Part shown: positions 39,801-51,800 of the stretch, in pieces
How the letters are laid out: each line of letters begins with the position of its first letter
How positions within the stretch are numbered: position 1 is the first letter of the stretch
The notes under the pieces: model-generated
The model's database searches: none
Told to the model about the DNA's origin: nothing
The model's input: the letters and a program-made list of their open reading frames with translations, nothing else
Source: Squalus acanthias
Taxonomy: Eukaryota
NCBI GenBank assembly: GCA_030390025.1
Contig: CM059432.1
Location: 34,660,001 to 34,724,000, forward strand
Direction of reading: 5' to 3'
DNA: 64,000 nt
Program-made: the position numbers and the translations under genes

Positions 39801-42800
39801 ATTTTGATTCAGGGGTGGGCTGGGGTCGTGTAATCCGCATTTCATGTTAGCCACCCGAATCTAAATCGATGTGGGAGATTGATGCGATTTTAACATAATT
39901 GGCCAATTGAGTTCCAACGTGTGGGAACCCATGGCCAGTGAGTTTTTCCAGTCTGAAAGTCGCTTCCGATGACGTCATCATTGCTGCAGCATTTAGGGTC
40001 TGCAACAAGCCTTGCTTCCTCTGCAGACTGTCAAGCTTCTGCCATTGCATGTTAGAGGCACCTGCAGGAAGAATGGCCAGCCAGAGACCTAGGTCTGCAC
40101 CTCAATTTGATGACGTCGCCCTGCAAGCTTTAATTGAGGGAGCCAGAGCTAATAAGGAGGTGCTCTTCCCTTCTTCAGGCAGGAAGAAGCCTTCCCATCA
40201 AACCAAGGCTGTGTGGATCCAGGTGGCAGAGGAGGTCAACTCATTGTCCATAACCCGCAGAACCTGGCTTCAGTGCAGGAAGAGGTTTCATGACCTGCTG
40301 CGCACTGGAAAAGTGAGTATGAATTTCCCATCACCCTCATTCTGATCCCCATTGCCTCTCCTCACCAGCACTCAGCTTTGACAACCTCTTCCTCCACATC
40401 CCACTTGACACTGACATCCCTGCACCCTTACCCATTCCCTCTCTCTGTATGGTCACATTCACCAAACTATTCGACTATGCAGCCCTCACACTCCCTATTG
40501 CTGTGATGCTATGAAAACAACTTACAACACACAGGGAGGGCCCATGGTCTTGCTACCTCACTCTGAATTTGTCTCCTTCTAACCATCAATGATATAGATT
40601 CTCTACACTCACTCCTTCATTCTCACTCAAACTCCACTTGTTTCCCTCATTGCAGGAAAAGAGAGCTCACAATAAGAGGGAAAGAGCGAGGACAGGAGGA
40701 GGGCTACCCTCAGTAGCCCAGCTTACCCCCTGGGAGGAGGCGGTCCTGGAGATCATGGGAGTGGAGGAGGATGTGCAAGTGGGGGACGGAAAGACGGGTG
40801 CATCAGAGCAAGCTGGTGACAGAATAGTTTATCATCTCTCTCATTGACATTGCATGAGTCACTGATAATGATTCTGATGCTCCAGCAGACTGACTTATGA
40901 TCATCTGCAATATGCAATGTGCATGTAACCTTGGACTCACATCTCTGAATCTTTCCTTTACTCCCCCCCAGGACCATCGCGAGCACCCGTCCCCACCGTC
41001 CAGGAGGAAGAGCATGAGCCTCACAACTTATCAGAGGAAGCTGCAACCTCTGAGGGCGCCGCATCAGCAGAATTCAGCGCACCCAGCACCAGCGCAGACA
41101 CTCACACCTCGGAGGGAACATCGCGAGATAGAGTAGTGTTGTCACCTGGTGTATCACAGCTCACAAGTGAGCATCAGCAGATAGTGGAGACAGGGACAGC
41201 AGTAGAGAGTCCTAGTCGGAGGGCGCAGGACTCTCCTAGCTCGGCTCAGCTGCATGTCGACCCTCTGCCTCTGGGTCCATCCATAAGATCAGCGGTGCTG
41301 GAACTCCAGGAACAGATGCAGGAGTCTCTGGCAGGTTTTGTCTCCAGGGTCGCTGCGAGTGTGGAGCGAATGGAGGAGTCCATAGCGAACATGAGCAGAG
41401 CCTTTGTGGAGTCATTGGCGCATGAACGCATCACCACGGAAAGGATGGCAACCTCTGTGGAAAGGATGGCTACAGTAGAAGAGAGGATGGCTACGGCTAT
41501 GGAGGAGATAAGTCGCCAGAGTGTAGAAAACATGGTTATTGTTCAGAATAGACTGGCATCTCTTGAGGAGCGATGGTCATCTATTGAACACAGAAACCAG
41601 ACCTTCATGGAAGTTCTTCTGAGTAGGACTTCCAGTGCAGATACGGGTCCCCATGGCCCCCTGATGTGCAGCAAGGTGCTCTCAATCCACCTGCAAGCGC
41701 TGAGGTGGGGCTGACCCATGAGAGGGATGTTGGTGGCAGACAACAAGGAAGTGAGGGCTCCTCTCCAAGTGCTCACACGACCAAGCCACTGCAAAGCCCT
41801 CGGTCAGAGCCCCACCAGAGTCCTCACCCAACTGAGATCGGCGTATCAACCCCTGCACAGCTGCAGGAGCAGCAGACTGTTGCCGAGCCTCACAGGCTCG
41901 CAACCCCAGAGGACACCCACCAAAGGTGCCGAGGCAGGAGCAGCAATAAAGTGAGCAAGGGGCCTCCACATCTGCTGAAGCCACAGGGGAAGCACCACGT
42001 AGGAGCACGCATAAAAGAAAAATAATGCACAAGTAGTCACAAGGGTAGTCACTTGGGTGTAATATTGTGTTTAATCTTGAAATGCCAGCACTTGCTTGGT
42101 GTGATTAAAAGTTCTGCAGGCAAACTACTGAAGTTGTGGCATCTGTCATTTCGCAAATGGGACTTCCACATTGAGGACTTAGGATGACTTGCAATTGTCA
42201 GTATGGTGGTCAGAGTGATAGGAATCTGCAGGTTCCTGGCCATTGTCGATGGTCTGATAAGAAGGTGCGAGGCAAAAGTGTTTGATTGTGCAGGTTTAAG
42301 CAAATCTGGTCAAGTGCGTCCCTTGCATCTCGGGCAGCAATGTGGTCGCGCGCTGGCGCCTTCTGGCCTGTGCAGCTTCAGGTGGGTGAGGAGCAGCTTG
42401 GCGCTCCTGTTGATGCTGCTGCTGCTGGTGGTGCTGTTGTTCATGGTTCTGCTGCTGCCACGGCTGGTCTTCGTCTGAATCTGATGTCCAGGAGGAAAGG
42501 AAATAAATGGTTTCCATGCTTCTGGTATATGCCTCAGTTGAGGAAGCGCTCAGTCAAGGTGGGGAGAGGGGTTTCCCAGGAGGTCACACTAGAGATGGGT
42601 GTCAGGCTTCAAACTTCCACAGCTGTGGTTATGCCATATAAAAGTTCCCCCAGACCTCAGACAACAAAGTCCTGTCAACTGCAAATGATGGCTTCGCAAA
42701 ATTCCCAGAAACTCGTATAGAACCCTAAAAGGGGTGATTTTTGGATTTGTCATACGAATTTGGGATGATGGGACCTAAATGTAGTGATTTGAAGCAAAAA

Positions 42801-45800
42801 ACTCAGTTTTGGACATTTTTAAAGATCAGGGAAGAAAACCCCTGAGGAAAATGACTTTTGGATATGACTATGGGGAAAAACACCTTTCACAGACACAAGA
42901 CAGGCTGCGAAGGGGTGTGGCGAGGCAGTGGACAGCTTTTGGATTCAAGCTGTCTGGAATTTGTTTGCACTGCAATCCAGGCAGGAGGAAGAACCTCACC
43001 CAAAACCTCACAACACATCCAAAATTGAATAATTCAAGACACCTTTTGAATATCCCCAGGCCCAAACAGGATGCCAGAAGCCTGTAAACAATAAAACATC
43101 TAGTACACCCATTACTTCATCAAAAACCAATCAGCCAGGTATCTATAGGGACAAGATTTGGTGCGTAGATAAACGCCCTGCCTAAATGGGAGACATTGGA
43201 AGCCATCAGGACAATTTAACACCAAGTTAAAACCATCAAAACTTAACAAGCCCGCCAAAACTAAGACAATGGAATGAACAGGCCTCAACTGAAACCTAAA
43301 TCACTTCAACACGAAACCGATTTAGTAAAGGGGTTTTGGCGCGAAAAAGACAAAGGGTATAATTGAGGGCTTAATCCCCCAAGAAAGTTAGTTGCAGCAA
43401 GTTCCAGCAAGACACTACAAGCCACACGACACGAGCAGGAGGAGGAGAGAAGCAGCAAGGCCACGAGGCAGATCCGGGGCGAGATCGGAGGCAAGGACAG
43501 ACAAGGCCAGGCAAGGGCTAGAGCTGAGGCCACTGGGAGCGAGTCGGCATCGCTCAACCCATGGTCCAGCCCCAGAAGGTACCGCCTCGACAGGCCTCCA
43601 ATGCAACAAAACTCGACGACCAGACCACCATTGGAAGAACAAAACCCAAAGTTTCCACTCTACAAGCTAAAGTATCCAACAAAAACTTTACTTTCCCTAT
43701 TTCTATCAAAGAAAAGTGGGTACTTATCAGAAAAATCCATAACCACGCCCTACCGCATCTGCAGACTCCACCCGACTGAGGAGCCCTCACAGATTTCACA
43801 GACCTGTACCACGTGGGGACGGCAGGCCCCAAAGGACAAAAAGAGAGTACCTCAAAATCGCAATCAACTTACCTGGCTGGATTTCGAGCTGTCAAAACCC
43901 CTGTTTGGTGAGCATTATCCCTGATCTCCTGAAACCAAAACCTAGCTAGATAGTGGGATTTTTGGGATGGATAAGTTTTTTTTTGTATATTGTCTTTCTC
44001 CCTCGCCTGTACCGTGTGTTCCCCAACCTGTTTAAGTGTTAAGTGTGTTTTAAGTTTGTTACCCTTTTCTTTTAATAAAAGTCAAAACTCTTTCATCCAA
44101 ACCTGTTGTCTACTGCATCTTTGTTCACAACCCCCAAATAAGTCCAAGGTCTAGAACCAGGGGCGTGGGAGCGATTCGAACCGCTCACTGAGTCAGAGGT
44201 GAGGTTGACCCCTACCACACCACCCCCTACATCACATCTCCTATTTCATGGTTGAGCTGCAGCTGATAGTCAGCAATCCAAATGTGCTACCGCCAGGTTT
44301 CACATTCGTGGTTCAGAACAGGCGTGCTTCATGTGGAAAAAGGGTTAAAATCACAAAGGCCTTTCTAAATGGCATTATAGAGGCAATTTAGTGCTTGTTA
44401 AGGGCCTTAACAGCCTATCCCGTCTCTTGGAGGCGGGACAGAGTCGGGAACTGCAGACACGATTTAATGAAAATTGCGTGGAGGCGGGATGGAGGCGGGC
44501 TTGTGCCCGCCTGCCAGTTTTCGCAATTTTAACCCCCCACACGCCTCCAAACCAGCCTTCACGGGTCAATGAAAATTCTGCCCAAAGTATTTGTTTAATG
44601 TCTCTGCCATTTCCTTATTGCCCATTATAATTTCTCCTGTCTCTGCCTCTAATGGGCCCACGTTCACTAATCTCTTCCTATTTACATACCTATAGAAACG
44701 TTTACAATCTGTTTTTAAGTCTCTTGCCAATTTACTCCCATATTCTTTTTTCTCTTTCCTTATCAATTTCTTGGTCCTCCTTTGCTGAATTCTAAAATTC
44801 TCCCAATCCTCAGGCTTACTGCTCTTTTTGGCAACATTATAAGCCTCTTCCTTTGATTTAATACTATCTTTAACTTCTCTTGTTAGCCACGGTTGGACCA
44901 CTTTTCCTGTGGGGTTTTTGTGCCTTAAAGGAATGTATATTTGTTGTAAATTATGTATTATTTCTTTAAATGCTAGCCATTGCTTGTCTACCATCATACC
45001 TTTTAATGGAGTTTCCCAACCTTCCTTAGCCAACTCGCCCCTCATACCTACGTAGTTTGCTTTGTTTAGATTTAAGACCCTAGTTTCAGATTTAACTCAA
45101 TCACTTTCAAACTCAATATAAAATTCTATCATATTATAGTCACTCTTCCCTAAAGGTTATTAATTAACCCTTTCTCGACTATTCCAATGCTCACCTGGGT
45201 AGACAAAGTGAATCTATTTCCTCTGGTGAGGGTATTTAGCCATCTCGTGTCAGGCCATTCAGGAGTGAAATCAGTCAGCACTTTTTCACACAAAGGGTAG
45301 TGAAAATCTGGAATTCTCTCTCCCCAAAGGCTGTGGATGCTGGTTCAATTGAAGCTTTCAAGAATGAGATCGATACATTTTGTTAGATAAGGGTATCAAG
45401 GGATATGGGTCAAAGGCGAGTAAATGGGTTGAGGTACAGATCAGCCATGTTCTAATTGAATGGCAGAACAGACTCGAGGGGCTGAATGGCCTACTCCTTT
45501 TCCTGTGTTCCACAAAGTTTTCATTCTTGTTTAACCCTCCTACCCCCAGCTAGTTATTGCAATCACCCATTGCGTGCCATAGATGAACTGAATGGGCAGA
45601 ATTTTCATTGACCCGTGGAGGCGGGTTTGGAGGCGTGTGGGGTGGGAAAATAACAGATTCGGGGGTCCCGAACCCATCCCGCCCCCAACCCGCCTCCATG
45701 CCAGTTTCACAGGAGGTGGGTACCCGACCTGTGCTGGGACCCGCCTCCCCGAGGCGGGAAGGGGATTAGTGCCAATAAACTGCCTGTTAACAGGTAGTTA

Positions 45801-48800
45801 ACAGGCAGTTTTTTGCCTAATCCCTATTTTTAGCCCTGAAGTGTGGGCTTCCCGACAGGTCCGAACCACGCCGATTTAACAAGGCGGACCGTCGGTCTGG
45901 AGGGCTTGGAGGGGTCGAGATGTCCGGTGTGCAGGTGAGTGATGGGTGCATGAGTGCAGAGGTAAGTGTGTTTGGTGTGTGTAAAGTGTTTTAAGAACTT
46001 GTACTTACCTTAACTTTGTCCTGCAGGCTTCCTTCCTTCAGTTCTCGGGAGTCACTCAGCTCACCGGCACAGAAAGCAGAATGGCCGCGGAGCTGTCAAA
46101 AGCTGCAATCTCTGCTTTCTGTGCTGGATTGATTTCTAACTGAGTCTAAGTACAGGGACTCACATTAGAAATCATATTGTCAGTGTTTGACAGCTTCACA
46201 GAGCTGTCAAACGCTGAAATTTCATCTGTCAAAAGCTCTTGACAGATGAAATTTCAATGGCTGACGTCACCTGTATCCAAGGGACCCTTGATTGGCTTGC
46301 TAAGCCCGCTGGGCGGGCTTAACAAGGTCAATCAAGGGAAAATACAGTGGGTTGGCCACAAGTCGATGGAGGCGGGACTACAACCCAAAAAGTGGGAGTC
46401 CCGCCTCCATCACATCCCCATTGACAAAATCCAGCCCAATGGATTAGTAGCAGTGTTTTAATTTTGCTACTTCACAAAATATGTCAAAGAGTCGTGTCGG
46501 TAACACAAAGACATCAATCTTTTCAGTCTTGAACCTCCAATGCCAAGATGATTGACCACTTTTTTTTAAATCACCGTTGAGGCCACTTTTAAATGATGTG
46601 AATGTCATCTTCTAAAATCTGCACTCTGGAATTCTGTTCCAAAACCACTTTGGCTTTCAGTCTCTCTCCCTGTATTCAAAAACCTATCTTATTAACCATG
46701 CCTTTGGCCTCCCAACCAAATTCCTTCACAACCTGCTATTGCTGCATCACCCGTTCCCACCTATCCCTCCATGTACCTGATATCACAATGCATGTTCCCT
46801 TAATTCTCACCTGATATTACAATGGGCCTTCCCTTGGCTCTCAGCTGATATTACAATGCAGGTGTTTTTGGCTCTCACCTGATATTACAATGGGCCTTCC
46901 CTTGGCTCGCACCTGATATTACAATGCAGGTGTCCTTGGCTCTCACCTGATATTACAATACACATCTCCTGGCTCTCACCTGATATTACAATGCAGGTGT
47001 TCTTGGCTCTCACCTGATATTACAATACACATCTCCTGGCTCTCACCTGATATTACAATGCAGGTGTCCTTGGCTCTCCTCTTCATGGCTTTGTAAGCTG
47101 CGTCTGCAATGGCGTACAAGTGCGGTGGTCGTTCATACAGCTCCCTTCCCTTGTAGTGCTCAATCATGTCTCTTCCATATAAATCAATCTGCTGGTATGG
47201 ATTTACTGAGACAACCACCTCTCCAATGTAGGTATAGATTCTATTCTTATCAAACCTATAGGAGAGGAAAATAAGCAGCAATGTATGTTTTATTTACAAT
47301 CAGCAGCTAGCAATGTTTATCTTTGACCGTGCCACCCTTCGTTCTTCATCTATTAGCATTCTTGACCTCACTGTCTCCTTTGATCTCAACTGGACTCTAA
47401 TAGCTCCTCCATTGCTTAAACTGGATCCAACAAGCTTAATTTTGTCTTTTATGTCCTCTAAGTCCAAATATTCTGTTTTACACACTCTTTCTCCTCCCTG
47501 CATTTCTCTTCTGTGTTAAAATCAGCACCACTATAGCACAACTCCTTTCTCTAACTCAATTTTTCTCAGGACCGTAAAACTGTAGAACTTCTAATGGATA
47601 TGGTAGCCTACTGAATGTGATAGTGGACTATACAGATCACAAGTACAAGTCCCAACATAGCAAGTTGTGGGCTGGCACCAGAAAATGACCATGAAAGCTG
47701 TTCGATTGATGTTTTGAAACCCAACTGGTTCACTAATGTCCTTCAGGGAAGGGGACCTGCCACCAACATTCCCGCTAAGCTGCGTGGCTGCACAACTGTC
47801 TGAAGGTCCCGCACAGGCCGATCACCAGCTTTTCAATGGGACATTTCGCGCATGCCAGTCCCCATTAAAGGGACTGCGCACACAAAAAAAAATTAAGGGA
47901 ACATTGCCTGCCACCCCTACCCAGTCTGGCCTACATGTCACTCCAGTCCCACACTATGTGGTTGACTCTTAATGCCCTTTGGGAAAATAGGGATGGGCAA
48001 TAAATACTGGTTTTATAGGCACAGTAACATAACCACTACACTACCAGACCCCTACGTCCTCGAGTAGACCAAATAATAAACAGATTGAAACTCTAAGAGC
48101 TCATCTCACCCTTTAGGGGCTAATTTTAACCTGATTCACCCAGTGGGAAAACAACATGATTGGATCAGCTGCCTGATTTACATGCTACCTGATTTACTTT
48201 CTATTGACTTCAACACAACACAATATTGGCTAGTCGATCCCATCACGTCAGTTTCCCACCGGGCGACTCAGGTTAAAATGGCCCCTTGAACGCATGACTG
48301 ACCCTGAAGGGGGAATTTTAACCCTCAAAAATGGGTGGATTTGGGTCGGGTGGGATGTAAAAATGTTAAAAATCTGAAACACGAACCCAACCCGCCTCGA
48401 ACCTGCCCACATGACTCCAGGATGGTATGTTGCCTCCCTGGTGCCAGGGTCAAGGATGTCACTGAGTGGCTGCAGGACACTTTGAGGGGGGAGGGTGAAC
48501 AAACAGAGGTCATTGTCCTTATCGGTACCAACGACATAGACAGAAAGAGGGATGTGGTCCTGCAGGCAGAGTTTAGGGAGCTAGGAAAGAGATTAAAAAG
48601 CAGGACCTCAAAGGTAGTAATCTCCAGATTACTCCCGGTGCCACGTGCTAGTGAGTACAGGAATAGGAGGATAGAACAGATGAATGTGTGGCTGGAGAGA
48701 TGGGAGGGAGGGCTTTAGATTCCTGAGGCATTGAGACCGTTTCTGGGGAAGGTGGGACCTGTACAAGCCAGACGGGTTACACCTCAATAGAGCTGGGACC

Positions 48801-51800
48801 AATATTCTCGCAGGGAGGTTTGCTAGTGCTGTTGGGGAGGGTTTAAACTAGCTTGGCAGGAGGATGGGCACCAGCATATAGGAGTAAAAAAGAGGAATAA
48901 GGTGCATAAAAGAGTGAGTGTGTTGGATAATACTAGAGAAGAAAGTAGTACTGGAGGTGGAAGTAGTACCATATTAGATAGGAGCAGATTAAGAAAGACT
49001 ACGAAAAATTCAAAAATGGGTTTAGAATGCATGTACATAAACGCACAGTGTGGTGAATAAGGTTGGTGAGCTACAAGCACAATTAGCCGTGTGGCAATAT
49101 GATGTGGCTTAAAAATGGTGAGGATTGGGCACTTAATATTCAAGGGTACAAGGTGTTCAGAAAAGATAGGGAAGGAAAAAAGGGAGGTGGGGTGGCAGTG
49201 CTGATTAAGGAAGACATTGTAGTGTTGGAAAGGGAGGATGTTCTTGAAGGGACAAGGACAGAATACATTTGGTTAGAGTTGAGGAGCAAAAAGGGTATGA
49301 TCACACTATTGGGGTATTCTATAGGCCTCCAAATAGTGAGAGGGAGGTAGAGGAGCAAATCTGCAGGGAAATCACAGAGATATGCAAGAGCTATAGAGTG
49401 GTGATACTGGGGAACTTTAATTACCCAAATATCGATTGGGATAATGCTAGGGTAAAGGGAGAGGGGGAGGAATTTCTGAAATGTGTTCAGGAGAACTTCC
49501 TTGACCAGTATGTTCTTGCCCCAACTAGGAAGGAGGCATTGCTGGATCTGGTGCTGGGGAATGAGGTGGGCCAGGTCGACCAAGTGTCTGTGGGAGAACA
49601 CTTGGGTACGAGTGATCATCATAAGATTTAGATTAGCAATGGAGAGGAGCAAGGAACAATCTAGAGTGGAACATCTAAACTGGAATAGGGCTAACCTCAA
49701 TGGGATGCGAAAGGATCTAGCCAGGGTAAAATGGAACCAAAGACTGACAGGAAAAACTGTAACGGAACAATAGGTGATCTTTAAGGAGGAGATGTTCCAA
49801 ATACAGGCTAGGTACATTCCAACAAGAGGGAAGGGTAAGGGAACCAAAGCAAAGGCTCCTTGGATGACGAGGGAGATAGAGAAGATGATGAAACAAAAGA
49901 AGAGGGTGTATGATGCATGTCAGGTGTATTCTTCAAGGGAGAACCAGACCAAATACAATAAGTTGAGAGAGGAAGTGAAGATGAAAATAAGATTGGTAAA
50001 GAGAGAATATGAGAGTAGAATGGTGGTTAACATAAAAGGGAACCCAAAAATCTTCTAACGACATGTAAACAGTAAGCGGGTATTAAGAGGCGGTGTGGCA
50101 CCTATTAGGGACAAAGAAGGTGATATATGCTTAGAGGCGCAGGGCAAGGCTAGAATACTCCATGAGTACTTTGTATCGGTGTTTACTAAGGAGGTGGATG
50201 CTGACAAAATATCGGTAGAAGTGGAAAAGGTAGAAGCAATGGAAGGGGTGAAAATTGATAGACAGGATGTACTAGAAAGGCTGGGTATGCTTAGAGTAGC
50301 TAAGTGACCTGGTCCAGATGGCTTGCATCCTAGGTTGCTAAGGGAATTGGGGGAGGAGATAGCAGAAGGGCGTGCCATAATTTTCCAATCTTCCCTAGAT
50401 GCGGGGGAGGTGCCTGAGGATTGGAAAGTGGCAAATGTGACACCATTGTTCAAGAAATGGTGTAAGGACAATTCTAGTAACTGCAGGCTGGTCAGTTTAA
50501 CATCAGTGGTGGGTAAAGTTTTAGAAACAATAATCAAGGAAATATTAACGGGCACTTGGAGAGGTTTAAGCTAATTAATTAGAGCCAACACGGATTTGTT
50601 ACAGGCAGATCGTGTTTAACTAATCTAACTGAATCTTTTGATGAAGTAACAGGGAGGATTGATGAAGTGAATGCAATGGATGTTGTCTACATGTATTTTA
50701 GGAAGGCGTTTGACAAAGTACCACATAGAAGGCTGGTTAACAAAATTGAGGCTCATGGAATAGTTGGGTCAGTGGCAGCTTGGATAAGGAATTGGCTTAA
50801 GGACAGAAAACAGTGAGTTGTGGTAAGTAGCTGTTTTTCGGACTGGAGGATGGCAGACAGTGACGATCCCCAAGGGTCAGTGCTGGGCCCAGTGCTTTTT
50901 TGATATATATAAATGACCTGGATATTGGAATACAGAGTAGAATTTCTAAATTTGCCGATGACACCAAACTTGGGGGTGTGGCAAACAGTGAGGATGATAC
51001 CAATCGACTGCAACAGGACATAGAAAGGCTAACAGAATGGGCAGACAAGTGGCAGATGGAATTGAATACAGAGAAGTGTGAGGTGATGCATTTTGGCAGA
51101 AGGAACAGGGAGAGGCAATATACACTTAATGGCACATTTTGAAAGAGTGCAGGGACAGAGGGACCTGGGAGTTAATGTGCATAGGTCCCTGAAGGTGGCA
51201 GGACATATTGAGAGAGTGGTTAACAAAGCATATGGGATCTTGGGCTTCATAAATAGAGGTATTGAGTACAAAAGTAGAGAAGTTATGCTGAACCTTTATA
51301 AAGCGCTGGTTAGGCCACAACTGGAGTTTTGCGTCCAGTTCTGGTCACCACACTTTAGGAAGGATGTGAAGGCCCTTGAGAGGGTGCAGAGGAGATTTAC
51401 CAGAATGGTTCCGGGGATGGGGGGTCTTAGCTACAAGGACAGGTTGGAGAAGCTGGATTTGTTTTCATTAGAGCAAAGGAGGTTGAGGGGTGATTTGATA
51501 GAGGTGTACAAGATTATGACGGGTTTGGATAGGCTAGACGGGGAAAGGCTCTTCCCACTAATTGATGGTACAAGGACTAGGGGACACAGATTTAAGGTTT
51601 TGGGCAAGAGATACATGGGGGAGGTGAGGAAAAACTTTTTTACGCAGTGAGTGGTGAGGACCTGGAACTCGCTGCCGACGGAAGTGGTGGAAGCGGAGAC
51701 ACTCAATGTTTTCAAGGGGAGACTAGATAGGCACTTGAGGGAAATAAACTTGCAGGGCTACGGGGATAGAGCGGGTTAATGGAACTGACTGGATTGATCT

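Larger units (their letters stand above)
39794..44583. mobile_element. Harbinger family B defective element with Myb gene and truncated transposase
   Basis: TIRs GGGCTGGATTTTGA / GAAAATTCTGCCC; TSD AAA; both ends homologous to the MITEs at 39070 and 61138. Confidence 0.88.
37492..45178 (-). mobile_element. CR1 LINE interrupted by two Harbinger family B insertions
   Basis: Colinear ORF2 pieces at 37492-39069, 39683-39793 and 44584-45178. Confidence 0.88.

Noticed and set aside
46806..47075. CRISPR-like look (constant core with variable intervening segments)
   Set aside because: Variable parts are only ~10 nt and recur; the unit derives from the myosin exon; eukaryotic context with no cas genes
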